Assembly (NCBI GenBank): GCA_019057795.1
Contig: JAHLWS010000080.1
Span: 1 to 64,000 of the forward strand
Length of the DNA stretch: 64,000 bases
Reading direction: 5' to 3'
From: Promethearchaeota archaeon
GTDB taxonomy: Archaea > Asgardarchaeota > Lokiarchaeia > Sigyniarchaeales > SOKP01
The notes under the pieces are model-generated. The model made no database searches. It saw only the letters and a program-made list of their open reading frames with translations, and had not been told where the DNA came from. Made by a program: the position numbers and the translations under genes. Positions 1 to 10,737 of the stretch are shown here, one piece after another. Each line of letters starts with the position of its first letter. Position 1 is the first letter of the stretch.

Positions 1-160
1 TCTCGTATTCTTCAGAATTTGTTTTATATCTCATATTATTAGATAGGATAAACGCGTATTTTAAGGTTATGGTCATTTTGTCGCCACCTACAAGCGTTTA
101 CAAGCTGGACTGAGATGAACTTGCAGCCTCATAAAAAAAAATAAAAAAAAATATAGAAGT

Positions 161-1021
161 TTAATGCTTCAAAACCGCTTCTTTAACTTCCATGTTTATG
201 TAGTCGAATCCTTTTAAGTTAGGGGCTAAGTTCTTTGGCTTTATTCCGAGAATACCAGAAAAAATAATATCCACAGAAAGAAAGTCTGCCGTGATCCTCA
301 CGAAGGGCGCGAAAGATCTTGCGCCGATCGAACCATTCATCACTTCTTCGAACGCTCCCTGTTCTCTATCGTATTTTTCTCTGACTCCTGGCATCGCAAA
401 CACTTTCGGCAAGAAGGCCTGATAGGTTGCGAGGTTGATCTCTTCTTTCATGTTCGAAAGCTCGGAATAACTGTAATGGTACGTGTCTAAACCATAGCAA
501 TTCTCGTAATCTACGCTTTCAGGAGTGAACCACCAAGTAAACAAGAATGGTACGGCCCAAGACTCAACCATAGGAATCGCTCGTTTCCGACACTCTCTGG
601 CTATAAAGATCGAAGTTGCGGGGTCGTCTAAAGTCAACGCCACCACTTTCACGTCTTCGAGAACTGCATCTATGTTTCTTTCGGTAATTTTAAAGAATTT
701 CTTTATTGCAACTTCAGGGTCGATTTTTCGTATAAATTCTTCCATGACATCGATTTTTCTTTTACCGATGTCCTCAATGGTACAGATTTGCCGGTTCAAG
801 TTAGACTCGTCGAAAACGTCGAAATCGCAAATTACTAAGTTTTGACAGCCTGAGCGAACGAGATTTTCGGCTAAAGGTCCACCCAATCCACCCACTCCGA
901 GAACCGCAACTCTCGAGGTTCTAATCGTTTCTTGTTCATCGAACTTAATGGGGCCGATGTTTCGAGTTACGCGCTCCCAATAAGAATTTGACCAATTATC
1001 TAGTTTTTGGTTTACAAACAT
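161..1021 (-). CDS. ThiF/MoeB/E1-like adenylyltransferase (non-MoeB subtype)
   Basis: VAVLGVGGLGG, CDFDVFDESNLNRQ and GKRKID motifs; N-terminal YWERVTRNIG; no paired CxxC zinc motifs. Confidence 0.9.
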   Translation of the reverse strand: MFVNQKLDNWSNSYWERVTRNIGPIKFDEQETIRTSRVAVLGVGGLGGPLAENLVRSGCQNLVICDFDVFDESNLNRQICTIEDIGKRKIDVMEEFIRKIDPEVAIKKFFKITERNIDAVLEDVKVVALTLDDPATSIFIARECRKRAIPMVESWAVPFLFTWWFTPESVDYENCYGLDTYHYSYSELSNMKEEINLATYQAFLPKVFAMPGVREKYDREQGAFEEVMNGSIGARSFAPFVRITADFLSVDIIFSGILGIKPKNLAPNLKGFDYINMEVKEAVLKH

Positions 1022-1245
1022 TTTATATCAACTCTTTTTTATTATTTTTGTTTAATATATTTTGAATTTACAATTGGGGAGCGTTTATAAAAGAAAATTT
1101 TTGAAATTTGTAGATCGAGGAATTTGGGGTAATTTTATTTTTAATTTTTATGGAACTTTTTTTCTCTTATTTTCTAAAATTTTTGTTTATATAGACTGGC
1201 CTTAAGGTGAGAGTAATTATTAGAAAGTAGTTACAGCGCAAAAAA

Positions 1246-2481
1246 ATGTTAACACAAGATGTAATTCAATATCCCATTATACCTTACAAAAAGCTTAAAC
1301 CAAACTCAGTCGACGAATTCTTAGAGATATTTGAGGACATTTTGGACTTAGATTTAGAGCACGGCATGGAATTGGACTTTCTGATCGACACCAAATTGGG
1401 AAGCGATAAAATAAGCCCCACTTTGGTGCTCGCTAAACCTAAAGACGCTAAAGTTATCGCAAGTATTTGCAAGGAAGTGTACGATGGTACTTATCCCTAC
1501 AAAGAGATCGAAGACGAGCGCATGGTTAAGAAGATGATCGAGAGTCCCGATAACCACTTCATTTTGTTCGAAATAGATGGGGAGGTAGTAGGTTGTTTTC
1601 GGTGTGCGTTAGACTTCGAGCACAAAAAAGGATATTCTGGCGGGTTTATGGTAAAAAAGAAGTTTCAGCAAGTCTTAGATGTTACTAAATCCATAATAGG
1701 CTCTTACGCTTGGATGTGGAAAACTTATCAGAAGGAGATTTTGATGTGGTATTGCGAAAACCGAACCGCTCACGCTGCTTCTCAGTACATTACTTCAGTG
1801 TGCGGGATAAATACGGTCGCGTTCTTTCCCAACAAGGATGTATTCTACAACCAAGTAGAATCTGATGTGATGGGCGTTATTTATTGCGAAAAAACACTTA
1901 CTAAATACAGGGATCGAAAAATGCCGGTATTAATATCCAATGCTTTGGATAATTTTTTGTACTGCGACAACCTTTACAAATTAGGAAGTTTTCAGTTGGC
2001 TACTCCCGACCTCTGCTTGAACTACAACAAGATTTTCGAGCTACAAAAGGTTTTTAGAAAAGACTTAATTACCGACAAGTATGGGTACGAGTACCATCAA
2101 TCTTTTATTAAGGGCACAAAATCATATTTTAATTTTTTACACACGCCTCAAATTCAAAACTTCGAGAAAACTAAATATCACGTCGATTCGTTGGAGGAAT
2201 TGTACGTGTTTTTAGAGGAATTTTTAAAAAGCATGAAAGAAAATGCCATTCGATACAGCGAAGTATTTGTTTCGGCTTTCAGTCCAGAACACCAGCAATT
2301 ATTTTTCGAGTTCGGGTTTCGGGCGAGAGGATATGTACCCTGTTGGAACTACAACAAATCCGAAAACAAGTTCGAAGATTACGTGGTTTTTAACTACTAC
2401 GAGGGCGAGGTTTCACAAGCCGAGCTTCTACCGAAGGGACAGGAGCTAGTAGACATGTTAAGCGTACAAATAAATCCGTGA
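1246..2481 (+). CDS. Tandem GNAT-fold N-acyltransferase-like protein
   Basis: FEIDGEVVG strand, VKKKFQ motif-A-like segment, C-terminal FFEFGFRARGYVP; similar architecture to 56389..57474. Confidence 0.6.
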   Translation: MLTQDVIQYPIIPYKKLKPNSVDEFLEIFEDILDLDLEHGMELDFLIDTKLGSDKISPTLVLAKPKDAKVIASICKEVYDGTYPYKEIEDERMVKKMIESPDNHFILFEIDGEVVGCFRCALDFEHKKGYSGGFMVKKKFQQVLDVTKSIIGSYAWMWKTYQKEILMWYCENRTAHAASQYITSVCGINTVAFFPNKDVFYNQVESDVMGVIYCEKTLTKYRDRKMPVLISNALDNFLYCDNLYKLGSFQLATPDLCLNYNKIFELQKVFRKDLITDKYGYEYHQSFIKGTKSYFNFLHTPQIQNFEKTKYHVDSLEELYVFLEEFLKSMKENAIRYSEVFVSAFSPEHQQLFFEFGFRARGYVPCWNYNKSENKFEDYVVFNYYEGEVSQAELLPKGQELVDMLSVQINP

Positions 2482-2557
2482 TTTTTTCCTTTATTAATGT
2501 TCATCTGAGGATGATATTCGTAATATCTTAAATCAATTAAAAAAAAATGATGAAAAA

Positions 2558-3724
2558 ATGGAAATTAGTTTAGAAAAACCGACAGAGCTTACTGTCGCTT
2601 CAACACGAAATATTTCTGAAATTCAATTTGTTTTAACTGAGCTTTTATATGTTCCTGACGAAAGGCTAAAACTCGTGCTTGTTTTAGAACTTGTAGATTA
2701 TTTTACAGAGAAATTTTCGAAACCAGACTATAAAATTAGATTTTTTTACGCTACTCAGGACGGAATCTTAACGGGATTCGTAATTTGTCAAATAGACGGT
2801 GATTACAAAAGTTATGGAATGTCATGCCCCACTTTTGGGTGGCTTCATGCCAAAAATTTTCTTTCTTGTAAAAAGCTCATGAATGAGTGTGAAAATTTCG
2901 TTCGCGAAAACAAAAAGAAAAAGCTCCGTGGTCCAATCAATTACCCAAAATTTATCGGTGGGATCGGTTTTCAGACCGAAGGTTTCGAGGCACCCATGAT
3001 GAGCGGCGTAATGTTTGGTGATCCCGAGTCGAAAGTTCTGGAGTACTTGCAACAATTAGGCTACAAAAAAGACTCGAAGTACTTGTGCCTTGATACTTTC
3101 TTAAAAAAGTGGGATAAAGGTAAAAATCTAGACGAAAATATAGCAGTCAGGTTTTTGCCCCTCGACGAAATAAGGGGTTTAAAGGAGCAAATCATGGGCT
3201 TAGCATCTCAATCTCTATATGCCGTGCTTGCCGATGCGCCAGGCGGTAGAACTCGATTTGACGAAATGATGGACGGATACGCTCAAGCGTGCAAAGTACT
3301 TAAATTAGTCAGCGAAGAATTTCCCCAAGATTACGCCGATGTTCCCGGGTTCCGAGAAACTTGGGAATCTTGCGACTTAAAAAAGATCGTTCCTATGGCC
3401 ATCTTCGGTTTCGACCGAAACACTAACGAGCTGGTAGGCGTCATTATGTGCCAACCGAACTTGTTTCAGCTGTGGAACGGAGAACCTTTAACCCACTTAA
3501 ATGTAGACACGGCTATGATAAAAAAAGAATACACTGGAAAGGGGATCTTCTCCGCGCTTCACAATATTGGAGTGTTTATATCGTCAAGCGCCTACGGATT
3601 TAACTACTACGAGGGAACTACAATCTGGGCTAATAACGACCGAGCGATAAAGGCTATTTTTCCTCACGGGACCCCAACAAGAACGCATTATGTAGTTCAA
3701 AAGCGATTGCTAAAAAAGAATTAA
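2558..3724 (+). CDS. YghO-like GNAT N-acyltransferase
   Basis: LRGPINY...EGFEAP...LQQLGYKK, IKKEYTGKGI (acyl-CoA motif A), IWANNDRA. Confidence 0.65.
   Translation: MEISLEKPTELTVASTRNISEIQFVLTELLYVPDERLKLVLVLELVDYFTEKFSKPDYKIRFFYATQDGILTGFVICQIDGDYKSYGMSCPTFGWLHAKNFLSCKKLMNECENFVRENKKKKLRGPINYPKFIGGIGFQTEGFEAPMMSGVMFGDPESKVLEYLQQLGYKKDSKYLCLDTFLKKWDKGKNLDENIAVRFLPLDEIRGLKEQIMGLASQSLYAVLADAPGGRTRFDEMMDGYAQACKVLKLVSEEFPQDYADVPGFRETWESCDLKKIVPMAIFGFDRNTNELVGVIMCQPNLFQLWNGEPLTHLNVDTAMIKKEYTGKGIFSALHNIGVFISSSAYGFNYYEGTTIWANNDRAIKAIFPHGTPTRTHYVVQKRLLKKN
3686..3723 (+). repeat. 38-bp direct repeat, copy 1 (3' end of the 2558..3724 gene)
   Basis: 35/38 identical to 4100..4137. Confidence 0.9.
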
Positions 3725-3815
3725 ACACGAATATAAATTTTTTTTTCTTATATTTTCAAGCAGTAAAGTGTTGAGCAAACCTTTATATTATAAATATTTA
3801 TACAAAGATTATACG

Positions 3816-4088
3816 ATGAAATTTAAGAAAACACTCAAAGCTGTAATTAAAAACTTATTATGGTTCGTGTTCTTGGCAATACCCGTATACTTAGTAGTAT
3901 ACGTTGTTACCAAATTATCTTTCCTGATTTCTGAGGGCGCATATGTTAACTTTCCCTTGGAGTTAGCGTACCAATTGTACCCACTAATGGAATTAGTAAG
4001 CCATATCGTGGGTGCTTCGGTAAGCGTAGTGGTTGCAGTAATCGGTTTGTATTTTATAAACCGTTTTTTAAAACGATATCCTATTTAA
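3816..4088 (+). CDS. Small membrane protein (2 TM)
   Basis: ATG at 3816 behind a TTTATATT TATA-like box; two hydrophobic segments. Confidence 0.7.
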   Translation: MKFKKTLKAVIKNLLWFVFLAIPVYLVVYVVTKLSFLISEGAYVNFPLELAYQLYPLMELVSHIVGASVSVVVAVIGLYFINRFLKRYPI

Positions 4089-4099
4089 GAATTTAAAAT

Positions 4100-4137
4100 C
4101 ATTACATAGTTCAAAAGCGATTACTAAAAAAGAATTA
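4100..4137 (+). repeat. 38-bp direct repeat, copy 2 (orphan gene 3' end)
   Basis: cattacatagttcaaaagcgattactaaaaaagaatta matches 3686..3723. Confidence 0.9.
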
Positions 4138-4381
4138 TAAATTTTAAAAATTTATTTTATTTTCTATTAAGAATTACACAATACGGACAAAACTTATGAT
4201 GAGCTTAAAAGAAATTTTAGGAAAAAATACTTTAAGAAATTAAAAAAATCACTTTATTTCAAAAATCTCATTATCTTTTTATAGGTATTACGATACAAAT
4301 TTCGAAATAGAAAGCTTAAAGTTATTATTTATTTAGTGTTGAGATGTTAAAAAAAAAAAAAGAGGTGTTAGTATATACCCC

Positions 4382-5083
4382 TTAACATATAGGTTTGGTA
4401 TTGTCTGGAACCCACTTAGTCATACTTTTTGTCAAATAGGCTACCCCACCGGGCATTCCATAGAGTCCTGCATAAATCCATCCTCCTTCTGGCCATAATC
4501 TTTCTTCCCAATGTCCATCTCCGTTACCTTCTTCTACCCAAACTTCATGTTCGCCATAAGGGCTTATAAGCATAAGGAAGAGTCTTGTTTCATAATGACC
4601 TCCTGTATTGGGCAAGGTTATTAATCGATTTCGATAATCTATCTCCAAAAAGGTATCTGTAGTTTTAATCATTCCTGGACCCATGACAAGCCAAAGATTA
4701 GTCCAGTTGACCTCCCGCACTTCGCAATACCAAGAAAAGCCCGGGATAACCATCGCATTTTTGAGCTTACCCTTCATCGAATAAATTCTCTCACCTGATT
4801 CATCATAGATTTTTATATGGAATTCTACTTGTCCCAGAGGTTCACCGCTGACCTTATCGAATTCAATCCTTGCTATGATTATAGTATTAGCTCCAGGAAG
4901 ATCTAAGTCATCCCCTTTCGCCATGAAATCAACCATTAAGAGGCGATTATTATCTATGGGTTTCGCGTGTGTGAAACTGTTATGATGCTTACCAGAAATA
5001 ATGACATTAATATTGCCGTGGTCACTTTCAATTTCATTTTCATTATTATTTTCACCTACAAACTTTTGCAAACGGTTAATCAT
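4382..5083 (-). CDS. Hypothetical protein
   Basis: 233-aa ORF followed by a long oligo-T terminator on the minus strand. Confidence 0.7.
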   Translation of the reverse strand: MINRLQKFVGENNNENEIESDHGNINVIISGKHHNSFTHAKPIDNNRLLMVDFMAKGDDLDLPGANTIIIARIEFDKVSGEPLGQVEFHIKIYDESGERIYSMKGKLKNAMVIPGFSWYCEVREVNWTNLWLVMGPGMIKTTDTFLEIDYRNRLITLPNTGGHYETRLFLMLISPYGEHEVWVEEGNGDGHWEERLWPEGGWIYAGLYGMPGGVAYLTKSMTKWVPDNTKPIC

Positions 5084-5250
5084 TTTTTATGGATCAAAGA
5101 TAGTTTTTAATAAGAGATGGGTGAATAATGTTTCAATTAGGATATCCTATCCTAAATCTTTGATCGAAAATGATCAAATAGAAAAAGGGATAACATACTA
5201 TTTAACATTTTTGTCAAAAGATTAATTTGTTAAAAAGTTAATCTTCTCCA

Positions 5251-5345
5251 TTATTTTAACACAAAATACATCCGTCTATTGTTTTTTCCTTTATTTACAG
5301 TTTTAGTTACTTCAATTTCTCCGATTTCTTTAAGATGGTTAATTT
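5251..5345 (-). pseudogene. Possible winged-helix C-terminal gene remnant
   Basis: Start-less frame ending INHLKEIGEIEVTKTVNKGKNNRRMYFVLK*, resembling a wHTH wing. Confidence 0.3.
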
Positions 5346-5453
5346 TTAGATTTAGCTTTGGAATAATATAAAGAGTTAAAAGTGTGGAAAATTTTGATTT
5401 CTGTTTACTTTTGAACTCAAAGTTTAAAAGAATAATGATAAAAAAATTGTGAG

Positions 5454-5678
5454 TTAAGCTTTGATTTTTTCGGGTTTGCTATAATTTTTTAAGTCGTTGT
5501 TTCGATGGTTTTTGAACTGTTTAGTTTTCCGCTCCCGCAAGATTTCGTTGACTAAAGCAACAGCGCCACGCTTTAAAAAAAGTCGCATAAATTTTAATTC
5601 GTTAACGCTTACATTTAAGGAGTGGAGAAATTCCGGGTGCCGATAAATTTGCCATTCAAGATTTCGTATTTTTTTCAT
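5454..5678 (-). CDS. Small hypothetical protein
   Basis: 74-aa ORF with GAGGT ribosome-binding-like sequence upstream. Confidence 0.6.
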   Translation of the reverse strand: MKKIRNLEWQIYRHPEFLHSLNVSVNELKFMRLFLKRGAVALVNEILRERKTKQFKNHRNNDLKNYSKPEKIKA

Positions 5679-5710
5679 ATTATTTACCTCTATTTCTTAT
5701 TTGTAGCGTT

Positions 5711-5868
5711 CTATTTTCGCTTAAACTTTCTCACCATCGAATCCCAATTATCTGGGCTAGAACACCCGTCCAAAATATAATCGTCTATTGTGCTTATAGT
5801 GGCTTCTGTGTTATGTTCTTCAGAAGTTGTACCTATAATGTGTGCTAATTTAGAATTATAAATATCAT
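5711..5868 (-). pseudogene. Small frameshifted ORF
   Basis: GGTGAT-ATG start is out of frame with an open stretch YNSKLAHIIG...WDSMVRKFKRK*. Confidence 0.3.
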
Positions 5869-6083
5869 ATCACCACTTTCCACTTTTTCCTGTTATTATA
5901 GTTTATCTTAAAATATTTTATTCTTAAAATATGAGAGTATATTTAAAGAAAAATTTCTTATAGGTCTTACAAAAAGACTTAGAACTTTCTGAAAGTTTAT
6001 TTATCTAATAACTCATACTAATCTTAAGCGCAAATTTATTTTCATTATAATTGCTATATTTCTTATCTAGGTGTTTTGATTAG

Positions 6084-6344
6084 ATGGATGAAATTACGGG
6101 AATTCTTTATGCTAAAACCGCAGGTGTCGGAACCTTATCTGAAGGGCCTAAATATTTTATTAAACCTTTGGATGATTATGCAAATAAATGGTCAGAAATT
6201 CTCGTGAGGAAAAAAACCCACTTATGGGAGAACGATCCTGTATTGCATAAGTTTATAGATAAAAAAGTGTTGATACTTGGGGAAATAATCGAAACAAAGA
6301 GTACAATTACGGTTGATTACGAATTCGTAAGAGTATTAGATTGA
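6084..6344 (+). CDS. Hypothetical protein
   Basis: 86-aa ORF, AGGTG upstream. Confidence 0.75.
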   Translation: MDEITGILYAKTAGVGTLSEGPKYFIKPLDDYANKWSEILVRKKTHLWENDPVLHKFIDKKVLILGEIIETKSTITVDYEFVRVLD

Positions 6345-6492
6345 ATTGTTTAATTTCATTCAAATCAAAGATGTAAGGAACTTAAAACTATTTATTAGAA
6401 AAGGTATATTGTGCTTTTTCTTTTAAATATCGCTATTTTATTGAATAATTAAAACGAAAATACTCTTAATAACGGATTTTCTTCTTAACACG

Positions 6493-6837
6493 ATGATATG
6501 TGAGTACTGTGGTGAATCATTCAAGGACTCTGAAAAAAAAATTGTAGAGCATGTGAATATTGCACAAAAAACTAAAAAACATCGATTTTGCTCACTTAGA
6601 TGTAAAGATAAATGGAGTCTTCAAGTTCAAAATCGGAAGTCGCGGATACTTGTTATTTGGGCAATAGGTTCTTATATAGATAAGTATTTTTTCATCAAGA
6701 AACTCATGAAAGTACGGAGTCCGTCATTGTTGGGTTCAGAAACAAAAAAGAGTTATTTCAAATCTAATTTCAACGAGATAGAAACGTTGGAATTAGTTAA
6801 TTCTAACGATAAAAAGGTTTTAAAAGTAAAAACTTGA
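6493..6837 (+). CDS. TRASH/treble-clef zinc-finger protein
   Basis: CEYCG...FCSLRCK. Confidence 0.7.
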   Translation: MICEYCGESFKDSEKKIVEHVNIAQKTKKHRFCSLRCKDKWSLQVQNRKSRILVIWAIGSYIDKYFFIKKLMKVRSPSLLGSETKKSYFKSNFNEIETLELVNSNDKKVLKVKT

Positions 6838-6856
6838 TTTTTAGATGCTTTCAGGA

Positions 6857-7147
6857 TTACTTTTGAGGTTCGATATGCTCGAGTGATGATAGATAGCTCA
6901 TTGAGAAATCGTGATAGCCGTCTTTAGAAGGCGATTTAATTCCTTCGGCTCGAATATAATGTCCAACACGAGGTAAAAATCCGTAGGAATTTATTTTTGA
7001 GGCACTAACTAATACAGAATACATGTATATGCCCACACGAACGGTTAATGACATATATCCATAAGTGTAGGCTCGAGAAATGCGCTTCTCGCCCCCCCTA
7101 ACTTCAACAATTCTTCCTTCAATAGTTGTTTTTCCCTTAAATGTCAT
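6857..7147 (-). CDS. Small OB-fold-like protein
   Basis: Beta-rich; TIEGRIVEV...PRVGHYIRAEG pattern. Confidence 0.55.
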   Translation of the reverse strand: MTFKGKTTIEGRIVEVRGGEKRISRAYTYGYMSLTVRVGIYMYSVLVSASKINSYGFLPRVGHYIRAEGIKSPSKDGYHDFSMSYLSSLEHIEPQK

Positions 7148-7189
7148 TGATATTCATTCTCATCTTAAAATTTAGAAGTAAATTTAATC

Positions 7190-7582
7190 TCAGAAAAAGG
7201 GTCCAAATTTTTCATAGACGCGAATTAAATTTTCGGAATAAAATTGAATTTTTTCGTCAAGGGGGTTAAATTCTACAGCTTTTTCCATGACTTTTTTTGC
7301 TAATTTTATATTTTTCATATCAATAAATGTAATAGTTAGCAAACCCCAAGCTTCTATTAAAGTAGAATTTAGATCAGTAGCAGTTTCAAAACACTTTATG
7401 GCGTCGTCCAACTTATCCAAGCGACGATTGACGATCCCTAAATAGAGCCAACCTTGCTCGTTGGAAGGGTCCTTATCCAATAAGTCGTTTATGATGGCCA
7501 GAGCTTTGTCGTTATCTCGCATAGTTAAATATTTATTTATGCTTTCGATAATCTCTTTGTTTTTAATTTCGTCTAATTCCAA
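7190..7582 (-). CDS. TPR protein
   Basis: DPSNEQGWLYLG...AIKCFETA and EAWGLL...AVEFNP repeats; TTG start. Confidence 0.85.
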   Translation of the reverse strand: MELDEIKNKEIIESINKYLTMRDNDKALAIINDLLDKDPSNEQGWLYLGIVNRRLDKLDDAIKCFETATDLNSTLIEAWGLLTITFIDMKNIKLAKKVMEKAVEFNPLDEKIQFYSENLIRVYEKFGPFF

Positions 7583-7731
7583 TGAAGCTCACTGTGTGAT
7601 ATTTTGTTTCTAATTATAGTTTACACTAGCTTATTTATTAATATTTATATCGAGCCTTTATAAAAAAAAAAGAATACCATACAAGTAATACTTTACTATA
7701 AAAATTAAACTATAATAGTCATAAAAAAGGT

Positions 7732-7983
7732 CTAAAACAACTCAGGGTGCTTTTTTTCGATAGAATTGAGGGTCGAAACTAAATCGTAGAGAAGTTTTTC
7801 GTCCTTACATTGATTAATTGACTCGGATAACTTATTCAACAGCGCGTTAGCTAAATTTCTCTCGTATTCAGTGAGTTCTACAGAATTGTTTTGAAATATT
7901 TCGTCAAACTCGCTTTCAAACCACTGTAATTGGTGTTTAAATTCCTCTATTTGAACCTTTTCGATGTTAAAATTTAGATACAT
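7732..7983 (-). CDS. Hypothetical helical protein
   Basis: 83-aa ORF, GAGGAG upstream. Confidence 0.7.
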   Translation of the reverse strand: MYLNFNIEKVQIEEFKHQLQWFESEFDEIFQNNSVELTEYERNLANALLNKLSESINQCKDEKLLYDLVSTLNSIEKKHPELF

Positions 7984-8359
7984 GCGTCTCCTCGATTAAA
8001 ATTTTACATAAAATTTTAAACTACAGTAATAGTTGTAGAACTCATTTAAAAAGTTAAGGATCTCTGCGGGTTTTCTGAAATATCCTACGACAAACGGGAG
8101 AATATTTTACACACAAAAAATAAAAATAAGTCGGATTGTTAATCTCTGTTAATATAGCAATAGAACAATTAATTTAACGCTTAAAACGCCCTAATAACTT
8201 TACTAAATTTTAGTCGGAACTTGAATATGAAATTAGCATAAATAAAAAAAAAATAACGACATTATCTATTGATGCCAACACATATTTTGATAAATTTTCT
8301 AATTTTACTTTATATTATCAATAAAACATTTTACAATAACACTTCGTGAAAGCACACTT

Positions 8360-8584
8360 TCACGAAGATAAGCTTTTCTCTTCCTCAATTAATTTTCTTG
8401 CATATCTAACTGTAGCTGATAGATCCTCTTTAGACAATTCAGGGTATGCATCCATAATTTCCTCAAATGTTTTTCCCGCTTCTAGCCATTCAAGAATAAT
8501 CGAAATCATTATTCTTGTTCCTTTTATGCAAGGTTTACCATGACATATTTCAGGATCTGTTTCAATTCTCTCTTCAATTACCAT
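8360..8584 (-). CDS. DUF433 antitoxin-like protein (orphan)
   Basis: IETDPEICHGKPCIKGTRI...YPELSKEDL. Confidence 0.9.
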   Translation of the reverse strand: MVIEERIETDPEICHGKPCIKGTRIMISIILEWLEAGKTFEEIMDAYPELSKEDLSATVRYARKLIEEEKSLSS

Positions 8585-8740
8585 TTCAATTATTTCAATA
8601 TACTAATTTCAAATATAAGAATATTTTTCTTCATTAAATGAATGATCAAATCTCAATTAATAGATATCTATCTTAAATGGAAGTTGAAAGAAATAATAAA
8701 TCTACTTAAAATTCATGAAAAAATAGCAAAAAAGGTGTTA

Positions 8741-9487
8741 TTATTTTTCTTGAAAATATTTACTTTCAAATTCTTCTAATTCATAAGGTGGCCAAGCACT
8801 AGGGGTTTTGTAATTTTTTACAAACCTATGCGTACAGATTGGAGCTCCAAATCCAATAGCTTGAGTACGAGAAAATCCAAAACCTAAGCCTTCAGCTTCG
8901 TAGTGGTCGCCTAAACATATAAAGGGGAGATATTTCTCATCACCCAACTTTTTAAACGCTTTCTGAACTCCACACTCCGTAATATCCCAACCCCATTCAA
9001 AAGGAGCTTCATCGTCTTCTACGAAATCCATTACCCAATCGTCTGGATAGAGCTTCATTTGGGTTTCCTCAGTTAATTTTTTTTGGTAGTCCATGTATAC
9101 AGGATCGAAAGGGTATTGGGAAGGGTCTCGGCCCGCATTTTCTAACGCTTCTTTTCTAAGTTTTTGGGCTGCTATTACGTAGTGATAATGAAATGCCCCT
9201 ATTTCCTCAAATGAAAACCCTTCTTTTTCTAATGTGCGAAATATTGCGAGATCAGATATGCATTTAACAAGGACTAAAGTGAGAGGGTTCTTTTGTCCAC
9301 CAATATAGGAAATTTTAGGTAAAATTTTTTCAAATTCCGCTTTCATTTGACTAATTAATTCTTTGGACTTCTTGTCATCAAATTTCTTGCAAAGTTCTTC
9401 ATTTGCTACGGTTAAACGCTCATTAAAACTTCTCATGAATTTAGTTTTCTTTCTAATATAAAAATCTTCTACCATTTTTGCTACCAT
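8741..9487 (-). CDS. L-2-amino-thiazoline-4-carboxylic acid hydrolase-family protein
   Basis: ITECG, ICLGD, RTQAIGFGAPICTHRF. Confidence 0.8.
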   Translation of the reverse strand: MVAKMVEDFYIRKKTKFMRSFNERLTVANEELCKKFDDKKSKELISQMKAEFEKILPKISYIGGQKNPLTLVLVKCISDLAIFRTLEKEGFSFEEIGAFHYHYVIAAQKLRKEALENAGRDPSQYPFDPVYMDYQKKLTEETQMKLYPDDWVMDFVEDDEAPFEWGWDITECGVQKAFKKLGDEKYLPFICLGDHYEAEGLGFGFSRTQAIGFGAPICTHRFVKNYKTPSAWPPYELEEFESKYFQEK

Positions 9488-9597
9488 AGTAATTATTTTA
9501 GGATCACATATTATAAACTATCACATTGTAGAGTGAAAAAATAGTAGATTCGACCGTTGGTGTTAATAGAAAGCAGGAAATCATAGCATATGTATTA

Positions 9598-10542
9598 TTG
9601 ATCTTAACTTCCGTTATCTGGGGAGGTACGTGGCCTTTAGGTCGATGGTTAGTCTTAGAGGAAGTTGGAGGAGCTACTATCCCTCCTTTTATGATTGCCG
9701 CGATTCGGTATTTTCTGGTTGTAATTTGTTTTTTTCTGATTCTTAGAGTTAAAGAAGGAACTTTAAATTGGCAGTTTGCTAAAGAGCACTGGAAGATATT
9801 AACTTTAATGGGTCTGTTTTCGGTTGCAATTTATCAAGCAGGTTATTTAATTGGAGAGATGCTTACTAGTGCTAGCGATGCGAGTATCATGGTCGCAACT
9901 AATGCAGTATGGGTTATTATTCTTTCAAGTTCTTTCTTAAAGACCGAGCGATTTGCATGGAGAAAGATGGTTGGTTCGTTATTAGCATTCACAGCAGTAA
10001 TCATTGTTGTAGGTTTTTCTCCGAATGTAAACGTGGAGAATCGGATTCTTGGGGATATTATGATACTACTAGCGGCATTTTCGTATGCAATCTATACTGT
10101 AATTTCACGTTTTTTCTTAAATAAAACTCTCGAAAATACTGAATCTTATCAACCAAGCTCTATCTGGATCATGACTTGGGTTTCCTTGTTTGGGTTTTTG
10201 ATAACCACTCCGATAGCGTTAATTATTAGTCCAGAGTTCATAATTCCAGCAACTTATTTAACCATTCCCCCCCGAGTGTGGATCGGCATATCGTATCTAG
10301 CATTCCTATCTACGATCGGAGGATACACATTCTACTTAGAAGGAGTTAAACGTTTAAATGCTAGTAGAGCAGCAATCTTTCAGGCGTTGGTTCCCTTATT
10401 TGGAGTTTTATTTTCTGCTCTCTTTTTACAAGAAGAATTCGATGTTTTTGTTTATCCATTTGCTTTATTATTAGTTATAGGAGGAATTATTTTAGTAAAT
10501 CGTAAAACATCTCAAGAAAACGAAAATAAAAATAAGAGATGA
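9598..10542 (+). CDS. DMT/EamA family transporter
   Basis: IWGGTW start, about 10 TM, GDIMILLAAFSYAIY. Confidence 0.9.
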   Translation: MILTSVIWGGTWPLGRWLVLEEVGGATIPPFMIAAIRYFLVVICFFLILRVKEGTLNWQFAKEHWKILTLMGLFSVAIYQAGYLIGEMLTSASDASIMVATNAVWVIILSSSFLKTERFAWRKMVGSLLAFTAVIIVVGFSPNVNVENRILGDIMILLAAFSYAIYTVISRFFLNKTLENTESYQPSSIWIMTWVSLFGFLITTPIALIISPEFIIPATYLTIPPRVWIGISYLAFLSTIGGYTFYLEGVKRLNASRAAIFQALVPLFGVLFSALFLQEEFDVFVYPFALLLVIGGIILVNRKTSQENENKNKR

Positions 10543-10737
10543 GGATATTAATTAGAAATTATTTTGAATATGATTTATCCATCATATCAGATTATTATTT
10601 CCCCGCATTTGGAATTTAATTACAGATATAATTGAATAAATTATAAACAATTTTGTATAAATCTTTTAATAAATAATTATTATTCAATATATTATTGCTT
10701 TTTTTTAATATTATCAAATATTTGAGGTGAAATAAAA

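Noticed and set aside
3-113. Possible 3' end of a gene entering from the left
   Set aside because: Only 36 open codons with no motif; cannot be supported without upstream sequence.
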